Origin: Bacteroidota bacterium | GTDB taxonomy: Bacteria > Bacteroidota > Bacteroidia > UBA7662 | NCBI GenBank assembly: GCA_005799025.1 | Contig: SYHX01000034.1 | Coordinates: 6,536-70,535 of the forward strand | Direction of reading: 5' to 3' | DNA: 64,000 nucleotides | Shown: piece by piece, positions 47,529-57,086 of the stretch | Layout: each line of letters begins with the position of its first letter | Position numbering within the stretch: position 1 is the first letter of the stretch | Program-made: the position numbers and the translations under genes | The notes under the pieces: model-generated | The model's database searches: none | Seen by the model: the letters and a program-made list of their open reading frames with translations, nothing else | Told to the model about the DNA's origin: nothing

Positions 47529-49309
47529 AGTCCCCTTCCGAAGAATTCCAGGCGCCAGGGGTTGGGACCGCCAAAGCCTTGCAGCGCTTGTTCGGCGAAA
47601 TGAAACTGTACGGCTTCTTGCTGAGCGGAACAGTTCTTTTGGCCATTGTTCTTGCAGGAACTGCCCCTCTACGGCCATGGTTGATTCAACAAGCCGTGGA
47701 CGGGCCCATGACGCAAAAGGATTTGGATACATTGGCCCAATACGGGTGGATAATTTTGGCCTTGCTGCTTGCGGAATCCGGCCTAAGGTACCTGTTCGGT
47801 TTTTGGAGTGTTCAATTGGGGCAGTCCGTAGTCAAAGATTTGCGACGCAAGCTTTTTGAACATTTATCTCGTTATCGTCCAAGTTTTTATGAATCAAGAT
47901 CGGTAGGCGCATTGGGAAGCAGGGTGATCAACGACTTGGAGGCCATTGCCGAATTATTTGCCCAGGGATTCTTGACGATGGCTGGGGATATTTTGCAATT
48001 GATCGTCATTTTATCGGTCATGATTTATACCGATTGGCGACTAACCTTGGTGAGTTTGATGGTGATGCCATTGTTGTTATGGGTGACGTGGTGGTTCAAA
48101 GAAAAAGTTCATGGATCCTTCACTGAAGTGCGTTCACGGACCTCATCCTTGAATTCTTTCCTCCAGGAGCGCCTCAGCAATTTGCAACTTATTCCTCTGT
48201 TTCATCGAGAGAAGGAGGAGAACAAGGCCTTCCGACTAGAGAACGAAGGTTTGGCCCAAGCACATTTGAAGGGGGTATGGTATTATTCTGTATACTTTCC
48301 GGTAGTAGAGGTCCTTACGGCCTTGGCCATGGGATTGATGGTATGGTACGGGGCCGTTAGGGTGCAGGATGGAGCTTTGTCTACTGGCGTTTTGGTGGCC
48401 TTTCTGGTTTATATCAATCAGTTGTTTAGGCCATTGCGACTATTAGCGGACAAATTTAATTCCCTTCAAATGGGCATCATCGCATCTTCAAGGGTTTTTC
48501 AATTGATTGATTTGAAAGCATGGCCAGCCGAAACCAATAATTCCTCAGATCAACCCACAAAGGGCATAGACTTACAAATTCAAAATTTGAATTTTGGATA
48601 CCGAGAGGATATCAAGGTCCTCCATGATATTCAATTGCATATGAAACCGGGCGAGGTTTGGGCGGTGGTGGGGAGCAGTGGTAGCGGTAAGTCCACCTTA
48701 GCGCAATTGCTGGTTAGGTTCTATGAACCAAGTACAGGACGTATTCTGCTAGACGGCCTGCCTCACTCGGAAATGACCTTGAGGCAATTGCGTAGACGCA
48801 TTGTTTATGTGCCGCAGGAACTTGTTTTCTTCAGTGGAACAGTGCTGGATAACATCATTCTGTATGATTCCACCATCACAATGGAAATGGTAGTGCAGAG
48901 GGTTCAGGAGTTTAATCTCCTTGATTTTGTAGAGTCCCTACCTATGGGCTTGCTTACCCCTGTTGGCGAGAGGGGTGCTGGGCTTTCTGCTGGTCAAAAG
49001 CAATTGGTAGCGTTGATTCGCGCTTTGGTTAGGCAGCCTGATCTCCTCATACTGGACGAGGCTACCGCATCGGTGGATTCCGCTACCGAGGCCCTGGTCC
49101 AAAGGGGAATCGAGGCCTTTGTCCAAGGTCGTAATGCCTTGTTGATTGCCCATCGAATGTCTACTTTGCGGTTTGCCCACCGAATTTTGGTCATGAAAGA
49201 GGGCCGCATCGTGGAAGAAGGTAGTCACGCTGAACTTCTTGCCTTGGACGGGCATTTTTCTAAATTAAGTCGAGGTCAACAATTAGGCGATTGGCTTGTT
49301 ACTTCGTAG
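47525..49309 (+). CDS. ABC exporter, fused permease/ATPase (MsbA-like lipid/multidrug exporter family)
   Basis: Six N-terminal TM helices. NBD with Walker A GSSGSGKSTL, signature LSAGQKQ, Walker B LLILDEAT and H-loop AHR. Its ATG overlaps the truA stop (ATGA). Confidence 0.85.
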   Translation: MKSPSEEFQAPGVGTAKALQRLFGEMKLYGFLLSGTVLLAIVLAGTAPLRPWLIQQAVDGPMTQKDLDTLAQYGWIILALLLAESGLRYLFGFWSVQLGQSVVKDLRRKLFEHLSRYRPSFYESRSVGALGSRVINDLEAIAELFAQGFLTMAGDILQLIVILSVMIYTDWRLTLVSLMVMPLLLWVTWWFKEKVHGSFTEVRSRTSSLNSFLQERLSNLQLIPLFHREKEENKAFRLENEGLAQAHLKGVWYYSVYFPVVEVLTALAMGLMVWYGAVRVQDGALSTGVLVAFLVYINQLFRPLRLLADKFNSLQMGIIASSRVFQLIDLKAWPAETNNSSDQPTKGIDLQIQNLNFGYREDIKVLHDIQLHMKPGEVWAVVGSSGSGKSTLAQLLVRFYEPSTGRILLDGLPHSEMTLRQLRRRIVYVPQELVFFSGTVLDNIILYDSTITMEMVVQRVQEFNLLDFVESLPMGLLTPVGERGAGLSAGQKQLVALIRALVRQPDLLILDEATASVDSATEALVQRGIEAFVQGRNALLIAHRMSTLRFAHRILVMKEGRIVEEGSHAELLALDGHFSKLSRGQQLGDWLVTS

Positions 49310-49385
49310 TTATTATCCTTAAATAAACTTTTCTATGCAGCCCACTTTATTTGATAGGCTCAATTCACTTTTTTTCAATACCACT

Positions 49386-51428
49386 ATGCGCCAAATCACT
49401 GCTGCCCTTTGGTTTGCTGCATTGGCTTTTGTACCTCACAAGGCCATGGCCTCGATGGAATTTAGAGAATCACGGCTTATTGTGGAGGCTGAAGACCATG
49501 ATTGCGCAACCCTCAAGGGAGCGAGAGCCGGGATTGAAATGCGAAACCGTATGAGCCTTAGGGCATCGGCTATCAATCGAGGCGGGGATACCTACGATAT
49601 TCATCACTACCATTTTAACCTATCCTTGACCAATACCTCCACAGCGATTGCAGGGGATGTGATGTTTCGTTCGACCGTTACATCGCCTGTTATGGATACT
49701 TTTTGGTTTGAACTGAGGAGTTTCATGAACATAGATTCTGTTCAAATCAACGGAATTCGTTACCTTCCCTCCACATTGTCCAGGTTGAATGATGTGGTTC
49801 GTGTTCCATTGCTCAGCAATTTAGATGCGGGAATGCAGGTGACCTGCCGTGTATTCTATCATGGTACTCCGCCTAGCGGAGGTTTCTTCAGTGGGGTTAG
49901 CTCGGCTGCATCACAAACATGGGGGGTCAATGTGACCTGGACTTTGTCGGAGCCTTTCTCGGCACCGGATTGGTTCCCTTGCAAACAGGATCTTTGGGAC
50001 AAGATTGACTCTATTTTCTTTGACGGTACCAGCGTTTCTCCTAACAAAGTGGCCTCAACGGGTTTGCTTATCGGGGTTGATACGCTAACGAGCAATAGAC
50101 GCAAATACAAATGGAGAAGCCGTATACCCATGGCTTTTTATTTGATGGCTTTTTCGGTTGCCGATTATACCGAGCATTTGAGTTGGGCTCACCCCACCGC
50201 GCTTGCTAATGATTCCGTGCTGATTCAACATTGGATTTACAATGCCAACAATTCTTCCGGGAATTCTTGTCTTAATTTTAATAGGAATGCCCTGAACAGC
50301 ACCGGGGCCATGATTGAGAATTTTTCGGATTTATTTGTGTTGTATCCATTTCATACCGAAAAATACGGGCATATGATGGCGCCCTTAGGGGGCGGGATGG
50401 AGCACCAAACTATGAGCACCATGGGAAGCTTTGGTATGGATTTGATTGCCCATGAATTGGCCCATCAGTGGTTTGGGGACATGGTCACCTGCGCCAACTG
50501 GAATGATATTTGGCTAAACGAAGGTTGGGCCTCTTATTGCGAATACCTCCACCGTCAATATCTCGTTTCGCAGACATCGGCTAGCGACTGGATGAACAGC
50601 ACGCACAATTCGGCTCGTTCGGCAACAACGGGGTCGGTCTATGTTCCGGCATCGGGGATAACGAATGTGAACAGGATTTTTTCTTCATCGCTGACTTACA
50701 AGAAAGGTGCTGCAGTTCTGCATATGCTTCGCAACGAAATCGGGGACGATTCGTTGTTCTTCCCAGCCGTTAGAGAGTACCTTCAAGCCAAAAGACATTC
50801 CGTGGCCACCACGGATGAGTTTCGTCAAATCATGGAGCAGAGAACGGCGTTACCCCTACAGAACTTTTTCCAAGACTGGGTGTACGGAGAAGGTCATCCT
50901 ACCTACAATATTGAGTGGAATTGGCGCGATTCGGTGTTATGGCTTCAAATGAGCCAGACCGTGACCGCCCCCTCGGCGACCCCGGTTTTTCGTAACAAAC
51001 TACCTTTGGGATTAATCACCTCTGGTCCGGGTCAAGCCCCATCGGTCATTCAAGTGGAACCTGCCTTGGGCCTGCAGCGTATCCGTGTTCCTCGTCAAGT
51101 GGCCAATGTTACCTTGGATCCATCGAATGCCATCCTCAAAGGTACAAGTTCCTCTATTTCAAGATTGGCGACCTTAGGCGTAGGCTTGGAGGGGTTGAAT
51201 ATCCAAAGTTTCAATCCTTACCCCAATCCTGGCCATGGCACATTGAAAGTGGATTTGATTTCTTCTGCTGATTTGCTCCTTACCGATCTAAGCGGTAGGC
51301 ATATCAAAATTTATCATGGGCATGAAGGCAAGAATCAATTTGACCTCAACGTCCCTGCGGGCACCTATCTCCTAGAGGCAATTTTTTCATCGGGCTCACG
51401 TGCAATTCAAAGGATTGTTATCCAATAG
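49386..51428 (+). CDS. M1-family zinc aminopeptidase with T9SS C-terminal sorting domain
   Basis: Signal peptide MRQITAALWFAALAFVPHKAMA. GAMEN-like exopeptidase motif TGAMIEN. Zinc site HELAHQWFG...WLNEGWASY. C-terminal ~85 aa with the YPNPGHGTLKVDL... motif of the Por secretion tail. Confidence 0.8.
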   Translation: MRQITAALWFAALAFVPHKAMASMEFRESRLIVEAEDHDCATLKGARAGIEMRNRMSLRASAINRGGDTYDIHHYHFNLSLTNTSTAIAGDVMFRSTVTSPVMDTFWFELRSFMNIDSVQINGIRYLPSTLSRLNDVVRVPLLSNLDAGMQVTCRVFYHGTPPSGGFFSGVSSAASQTWGVNVTWTLSEPFSAPDWFPCKQDLWDKIDSIFFDGTSVSPNKVASTGLLIGVDTLTSNRRKYKWRSRIPMAFYLMAFSVADYTEHLSWAHPTALANDSVLIQHWIYNANNSSGNSCLNFNRNALNSTGAMIENFSDLFVLYPFHTEKYGHMMAPLGGGMEHQTMSTMGSFGMDLIAHELAHQWFGDMVTCANWNDIWLNEGWASYCEYLHRQYLVSQTSASDWMNSTHNSARSATTGSVYVPASGITNVNRIFSSSLTYKKGAAVLHMLRNEIGDDSLFFPAVREYLQAKRHSVATTDEFRQIMEQRTALPLQNFFQDWVYGEGHPTYNIEWNWRDSVLWLQMSQTVTAPSATPVFRNKLPLGLITSGPGQAPSVIQVEPALGLQRIRVPRQVANVTLDPSNAILKGTSSSISRLATLGVGLEGLNIQSFNPYPNPGHGTLKVDLISSADLLLTDLSGRHIKIYHGHEGKNQFDLNVPAGTYLLEAIFSSGSRAIQRIVIQ

Positions 51429-51446
51429 TCAGAGAAAGAAAATAGA

Positions 51447-52388
51447 TCAGGGCTTGGCATTGGAATCTTTGTTTTTGCGTCCAAAGACCGTAACTTGGAC
51501 ATACCTACCTGGGTTTTGACGCAAATCGGTGAGTAATAAGTTCAGGGACTGGGTACTTTGTTGAAGGTTATAATACAATGAACTGTCTTTCATTAATTTC
51601 CCCAAAGTACCTTGATCACTTTGGATACGGTCCATGAGGTGCCTTGTAGAAGCCAAAGCTAGTTCAGCTTGGTTGACAGTTTGCTTGAGCCGCAATTGGG
51701 ACAACGAATCGGAGAAGGATTTGAAATTTTGGATGGAAGCTTTGAGGAGAGGCTGATCTTGCCGCAAATCTTCGGAGAGACGTTGAAGATCGATAAGGGT
51801 TTTCTGTATGGGTGTACGGCTATCGCGAATTAATTCGTTTAGGTTGGTGCTTCCCTCATCCAACTGGGCAAGGCTGTGCCGAATTTTGGCTTCCTCCACG
51901 GCTTCCAAAATACGGTTGAGGTTGGTGAGACTAGTTTCAACTTTGTCTTTGAGCGGTGTTAGGTCGCCTACCAAATTTTCAATGAGGCTGGGGGCGATTT
52001 CGGCAGGGAGGGTGTCTCGATGCTGGTAATTGCTTTTGGTATCTTGGCCTATTTCGATTTGCAAGGCTTTGGTATCAAAAAGATCGGTGCTGACTAATTT
52101 CAACCGAGTTCCTGTCGGAAGACTAACTCGCTTGGATACCTCCACGGTGACCAAAACAGTGTTCTGTTCGGGAAGAAGCTCAATCTCGGTAACGGTGCCT
52201 GTTTTGATGCCCTTGTACAAGACGGGGGCTGCGGTCTTAAGACCTTTTACATCATCAAATAGCGAATAATATGTGTTACGGCCAGTAAAAATATCGTCGC
52301 CTTTCAGGAAATTAATTCCAACGAACAACAAGGTCAATGCCATCGTGGCAAACAGTCCGATCCAAACTTCCTTGGGTATCTTTCGCAT
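51447..52388 (-). CDS. MlaD/MCE-domain protein (outer-membrane lipid asymmetry maintenance, periplasmic component) with long C-terminal helical region
   Basis: N-terminal TM helix, then an MCE domain (LFDDVKGLKTAAPVLYKGIKTGTVTEIEL), then about 180 aa predicted coiled coil. Confidence 0.7.
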   Translation of the reverse strand: MRKIPKEVWIGLFATMALTLLFVGINFLKGDDIFTGRNTYYSLFDDVKGLKTAAPVLYKGIKTGTVTEIELLPEQNTVLVTVEVSKRVSLPTGTRLKLVSTDLFDTKALQIEIGQDTKSNYQHRDTLPAEIAPSLIENLVGDLTPLKDKVETSLTNLNRILEAVEEAKIRHSLAQLDEGSTNLNELIRDSRTPIQKTLIDLQRLSEDLRQDQPLLKASIQNFKSFSDSLSQLRLKQTVNQAELALASTRHLMDRIQSDQGTLGKLMKDSSLYYNLQQSTQSLNLLLTDLRQNPGRYVQVTVFGRKNKDSNAKP

Positions 52389-52418
52389 GGGTTGGTTTTA
52401 GTTAGAGAACTCCCTGAA

Positions 52419-53237
52419 TTAAGGATTGTTCTTGTGGTGGTATTGCTCAATTGCTTCAGCGATGGACAGCGAAAGTTTGTTTTGACCTTGCTCTGAGCGC
52501 ATGAATTGCTCTTCTTCTTGATGGGTTAAGAACCCTGTTTCGATAAGTACGGCGGGCATGGTGGTTCGGTAGAGCACCAAAAAGCCAGCCTGTTTGACCC
52601 CTCGGCTATGTCGCCCCGTATGATGAACGAATTTTTGTTCGATGAGTCGGGCCAATTCCAAGCTTTGAGATCGGTAGGCGCTTTGGAACAGTTCAAAAAT
52701 GATATGGGCTGTCGGGTCATTGGGGTTGAAGCCGTCGTATCGCTCCAGGTAATTGCTCTCCATAAGAACCGCGGAATTTTCTCGTTTGGCTACATTGAGG
52801 TTGGCTCCGGTGACATGCAATCCTTGGGTGAAGGTTTCAGTCCCGTGAGCTTTGGCCCCCCCGCTGTTGCAGTGAATGGATACAAAAAGATCCGCATTAA
52901 GCCGGTTGGCTATTCCCGCCCTTTCGTGGAGCTCTATGAATCTGTCATCGCTGCGGGTAAGATGTACCTGAATCCCTGGGATTCGGCGGCGCAGTTGCTC
53001 GGCTACTTTACGTGCAATTTCCAGGGTTACTACTTTTTCGAGGGAACCTTTCCCTAGGCAACCGCTATCATGGCCGCCATGCCCCGCATCCAGAACGATT
53101 CGATGCACGGTATACGCTTTGACCCCCAAAGTAGGGCAACCAAGGCTCCAAAACAGGCCAACCATAGCGATTCCCCGGAACCATGAGGTCCAAGGCTGCC
53201 GTTGAAGTAGTTTTGAGGTTCGATGAAGGTAAGCCAT
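52419..53237 (-). CDS. N-acetylmuramoyl-L-alanine amidase (Amidase_3 family)
   Basis: Zinc amidase strings VLDAGHGGHDSG, VSIHCNS, RENSAVLMESNYL. The start is uncertain (53237 or internal Met at 53165). Confidence 0.8.
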   Translation of the reverse strand: MAYLHRTSKLLQRQPWTSWFRGIAMVGLFWSLGCPTLGVKAYTVHRIVLDAGHGGHDSGCLGKGSLEKVVTLEIARKVAEQLRRRIPGIQVHLTRSDDRFIELHERAGIANRLNADLFVSIHCNSGGAKAHGTETFTQGLHVTGANLNVAKRENSAVLMESNYLERYDGFNPNDPTAHIIFELFQSAYRSQSLELARLIEQKFVHHTGRHSRGVKQAGFLVLYRTTMPAVLIETGFLTHQEEEQFMRSEQGQNKLSLSIAEAIEQYHHKNNP

Positions 53238-55853
53238 TGGGTCTTGACAACTTTGTTTAGCAAATCTAGGGAAGCGGTGTTACTTCCCAACCTGTTTCGA
53301 GGACATTGCTCTCCCTCGTTCCGATTAGTGGGTCTATTCCTGGCCTTTGTCGTCGCATCTACGTTCCAGAGTTTCGCTCAAGAAATCCCTGCAATGAACG
53401 ATAGCCTCAGGGCCAAATCCAAGGATGAGCCCGAACAATCAGTGGATTATGAGGCGGCGGATTCCATCTTGGTGGATTTCAATTCCAATCAGGCCCAGTT
53501 GATGGGGAAGGTCAAAATTCGCTTTGGGAACATGGAGCTGCAAAGTGGCAGGGCTTTTCAAAATTGGCGAACTAGGTCTCTGAAGGCTTTGCCTATTGCG
53601 GATAGTTTGGGGCGTATGGCCGATACCCCACGTTTTGTGGACGGTTCACAAAGTTTTGTGGCCGATTCGATGGAATACGATTTGGTTGCCGGACGCGGAA
53701 AAATCACGGAGCTGGTAACGCGTGAAGGCGAGGCCTATGTGATTGGTCGCAAAGTCCAAAGGGTTCCTCAGGGCGATATGTATGTACGCAACACGTTGTT
53801 TACGACCTGCTCGGATACTCGTCATCCTCATTTCCATCTTCAATTGGGCAAGGCGAAGCTTATCCCAGATAAGAGGATTATAACGGGGCCATCGAGGTTG
53901 GTAGCCTTGGATATTCCTTTGCCTATAGGCTTGCCTTTTGCGATAATTCCGCTTATGCGAGGTCAGAAAGCAGGCATATTGTTTCCGGAGTACGGGAACT
54001 CGCCGCAGTTTGGTTTTTTTCTTCGCAACGGAGGGTATTATTGGCCGATTAGTCCTACGATGGACCTAAGTCTTCGCGGCGATATTTATGCTTACGGGGG
54101 GTGGAGGGTGAACCCTACCTTGGGTTATAACAAAAGATATCGATCATCCGGTAGATTGAACATCAATTGGAGCAATCTCCAATCCGGGGATCCAAAGGCT
54201 AGGGATTTCAGTCGCCAGCGAGATTTCATGGTTTTTTGGCAGCATAATCAGGACGCTAGGGCTCATCCGTACCGAAGATTTTCGGCTTCCGTGCAGGCAG
54301 GCACTAGCAATTTTCTAAGGAACAATACACCCTCCACAACGGACTTTCTGAATAACCAGTTGAATTCATCCGTTTCGTACAGTCGCTCATTTCCTGGTAA
54401 ACCGATCCAGTTAAACTTGGCTGCCAGACATTCCCAGAATACGCAAACCAGGCGTCTGCAAATCAATTTTCCTGAAGGCAACTTGAATATTGCCAGGGTT
54501 CAGCCTTTCCGTAAAAAAACAGCCATCGGTGCCGAGAAATGGTTTGAGAAAATCGGTTTTACGTATCAGTCTAATTTGAGATCTTCATTGAATGTCGCGG
54601 ATTCCCTCTTCAATCCTTCGAATGCGATTCGAAATTTGGATGCAGGTTTGCAACATAATTTACCGTTTTCGACTTCCTCTTTCCGATTGGGGAATTTTGT
54701 GCAAATCACACCGGGTTTTGCCTACCAGGAACGTTGGACTAACCGCCGTTCGGTACTGACCTACGACACGGTGTTGGGCAAGGCCATCGCGGATACTGAG
54801 CGCGGTTTTTTTCGTAACTATGATTACCAATTCAGTATGCTGATGAATACGCGTTTGTTCGGGTTGCTCCAATTCTCCAAAGGACCGATTGCAGCAATTC
54901 GGCATGTGATTAACCCCCAAATTTCATTCGGTTGGAGGCCAGATTTCGGTGCTGATCGTTTTGGCTTTTACAGGACCGTCCAAGTGGATCGACAAGGCAA
55001 TACGCGCACCTACAGTCCGTATGCGGGATTTGGCTACGGAGTGGCTGGCGCTGGCGGCTCTGCATCCCTTAATTGGAGTATTGACAATAATTTAGAATTC
55101 AAAACCAGGAGCCACAGTGACAGTGGTGAAGTCCTTCTGCGTCGTAAACTCTTTGATTCCTTCCGCTTTGGAGGGGCCTATAATTTCAATGCCGATTCCC
55201 TGAAAATGTCCTCGATTCAATGGGGAGGGAGAACGCAATTTAATGACCGATTCAGTTTGCTCTTTTCTGGTATTTGGGATGTTTACCAAAGGAATACTGA
55301 TCAACGACTGATCAACCGTTGGTTAGCATCCGAAAAATGGTGGAGGCCTGTGAACCTCTCCCAAGCCAACTTTACGGTAAGCGGTGGGTTAGGAGGTGCA
55401 GCCTCCGGGAGCTCAGCCAGCAACCGAATGGGAATGCCACCGGTCTTATGGGACCGAGGAGATTCGTCCGTATGGGATGATTTTCAACGGTACGGGTATC
55501 GTATGTTTATCGATTGGAATGTCCCGTATCGGTTAAATTTTAATTATAACCTGACGTATCAGGCGCTCAACCCCAAAGACCAACAATGGGTACAGTCTTT
55601 GACTTTTAATGGTGACCTTTCCTTGACCCGCTTGTGGAAAATTGCTTTTAATTCAGGCTTTGACCTAGTTTCCCTGAAGCTTACCCCAACGGTGGTTAAT
55701 TTGTACAGAGATTTGCATTGTTGGGAAATGAGTCTTAACCTGGTTCCATTCGGGACGTACAAGTCATACACCTTCACTATCAACGCCAAAGGTCAAATGC
55801 TGCAGGATCTGCGCCTAATTAGGCGGCGGAACTGGTTCGATTTGCAACGCTAG
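53223..55853 (+). CDS. Large outer-membrane protein, LptD/OstA-like (putative LPS assembly protein)
   Basis: 876 aa with a signal-like segment FRLVGLFLAFVVASTFQSFAQE and an OstA-like N-terminal region (VDFNSNQAQLMGKVKIRFGNMELQS). The remainder is long, beta-rich and Tyr/Asn/Gly-rich. The 5' end is uncertain: the track start overlaps the divergent amidase start, and a downstream GTG/ATG is possible. Confidence 0.55.
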   Translation: MKVSHWVLTTLFSKSREAVLLPNLFRGHCSPSFRLVGLFLAFVVASTFQSFAQEIPAMNDSLRAKSKDEPEQSVDYEAADSILVDFNSNQAQLMGKVKIRFGNMELQSGRAFQNWRTRSLKALPIADSLGRMADTPRFVDGSQSFVADSMEYDLVAGRGKITELVTREGEAYVIGRKVQRVPQGDMYVRNTLFTTCSDTRHPHFHLQLGKAKLIPDKRIITGPSRLVALDIPLPIGLPFAIIPLMRGQKAGILFPEYGNSPQFGFFLRNGGYYWPISPTMDLSLRGDIYAYGGWRVNPTLGYNKRYRSSGRLNINWSNLQSGDPKARDFSRQRDFMVFWQHNQDARAHPYRRFSASVQAGTSNFLRNNTPSTTDFLNNQLNSSVSYSRSFPGKPIQLNLAARHSQNTQTRRLQINFPEGNLNIARVQPFRKKTAIGAEKWFEKIGFTYQSNLRSSLNVADSLFNPSNAIRNLDAGLQHNLPFSTSSFRLGNFVQITPGFAYQERWTNRRSVLTYDTVLGKAIADTERGFFRNYDYQFSMLMNTRLFGLLQFSKGPIAAIRHVINPQISFGWRPDFGADRFGFYRTVQVDRQGNTRTYSPYAGFGYGVAGAGGSASLNWSIDNNLEFKTRSHSDSGEVLLRRKLFDSFRFGGAYNFNADSLKMSSIQWGGRTQFNDRFSLLFSGIWDVYQRNTDQRLINRWLASEKWWRPVNLSQANFTVSGGLGGAASGSSASNRMGMPPVLWDRGDSSVWDDFQRYGYRMFIDWNVPYRLNFNYNLTYQALNPKDQQWVQSLTFNGDLSLTRLWKIAFNSGFDLVSLKLTPTVVNLYRDLHCWEMSLNLVPFGTYKSYTFTINAKGQMLQDLRLIRRRNWFDLQR

Positions 55854-57048
55854 ACTCTTGACGTCGATGCGTTTGTTCAGCCAGCAACAAAGCGTATTCT
55901 CTTGATAATTCTCCTGCAGCCGAAGAATTTTCACTGGCTCTGCGGAGTAAATAGGGTAAAACCTTGTCCACTGGTCCAAAGGGTAGGTATTTGGCTACCA
56001 TGTACCCTGCATCGGCCAATTCCACCGATAGGGAATCACTCATCCCCAAGAGCTGGGCAAAAATGATTCGATCACTGTTGGTTGCTATATTGAATTGATT
56101 CATTAATTCAGTAGCCCAAACGCAACTCGATCGGTTGTGCGTTCCTAGACAAATGAACGCTCTAGGGTGTTGCAACAAAATATGGATGGCTGAATGCGTG
56201 TCCCGATCTGTGGCAGATTTGTCGGGTTGAATGGGGTCTGTGTAACCCATCAGGCCGGCTCTGTCTCGTTCTTTTTCCATGTAGGCACCACGAACTACTT
56301 TAAAGCCAGGAATATAGCCAGCCTCTTCGGCATGCTTCAGGCAATGTCGTAAATAATCCAATCGATCATGGCGGTACATTTGAAGAGTTTGGATTACGAT
56401 GGCCTTGGACCGGTTAAATTCCATAGAAGCCTCCAAGGCGATTTGGTCGATGGGGTCTTGAAGCCAGCTTTCTTCAGCATCAATCATGACGGGGCATTGC
56501 AGTTGAGATGCCATGCGTAGCAAAGTTGTGACCCTATCTTGACCTCGTTGGTACGATTGGAGCTGAATTGGGTCGGTTAAAGTCTGATTTCCACGGGCCT
56601 CTAACAAATTGGAATGGATTAGGCCTGTTACCTTGAAAACAAAGAGGGGCGTTTCAGGATGATTGGCTGTAAAAGTTAAGGCTTCCTGCAGCCTGACCAA
56701 GGTTTCGTCCATTAACTCTTCGCTGTTCAACCCTTCCACCGAATAGTCCGGAATACTCCCTATCCCTAATCGGTGAAGTTGTTCAATTTTGGGTAATGAT
56801 TTTTGAAGTGATTCGCCCCCACAGAATTCCTTGAAAACCGTTGCGCGAATAATTCCCCGTACAGGAAATCGCAATTTTAAGGCCCACTTGGCTAAGAACC
56901 CTAGAATTTGCACAATTTTGGCCTGGTTCATGATGCCGAATAGCCATAGTTTCCGCCGCAAGACCTGCCGCGTCAGCTTTCGGTAGGCGGGGGAACGTTC
57001 CGGGGGGTGATTCGGGATTGGCACAGCCCCAAAAATAGCCATACGCAA
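55819..57048 (-). CDS. Proline dehydrogenase (PutA-like PRODH catalytic domain, monofunctional)
   Basis: PRODH strings ATVFKEFCGGES, FVFKVTGL, VMIDAEESWLQDPID, AQLLGMSD. The start could be Met1 (57048) or Met40. The 3' end overlaps the convergent lptD-like gene by about 35 nt. Confidence 0.7.
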   Translation of the reverse strand: MRMAIFGAVPIPNHPPERSPAYRKLTRQVLRRKLWLFGIMNQAKIVQILGFLAKWALKLRFPVRGIIRATVFKEFCGGESLQKSLPKIEQLHRLGIGSIPDYSVEGLNSEELMDETLVRLQEALTFTANHPETPLFVFKVTGLIHSNLLEARGNQTLTDPIQLQSYQRGQDRVTTLLRMASQLQCPVMIDAEESWLQDPIDQIALEASMEFNRSKAIVIQTLQMYRHDRLDYLRHCLKHAEEAGYIPGFKVVRGAYMEKERDRAGLMGYTDPIQPDKSATDRDTHSAIHILLQHPRAFICLGTHNRSSCVWATELMNQFNIATNSDRIIFAQLLGMSDSLSVELADAGYMVAKYLPFGPVDKVLPYLLRRASENSSAAGELSREYALLLAEQTHRRQESSVANRTSSAA

Positions 57049-57086
57049 CCTTTGGTCGTGTCTGTTGTTTCTTTGCTAAAGAAATC

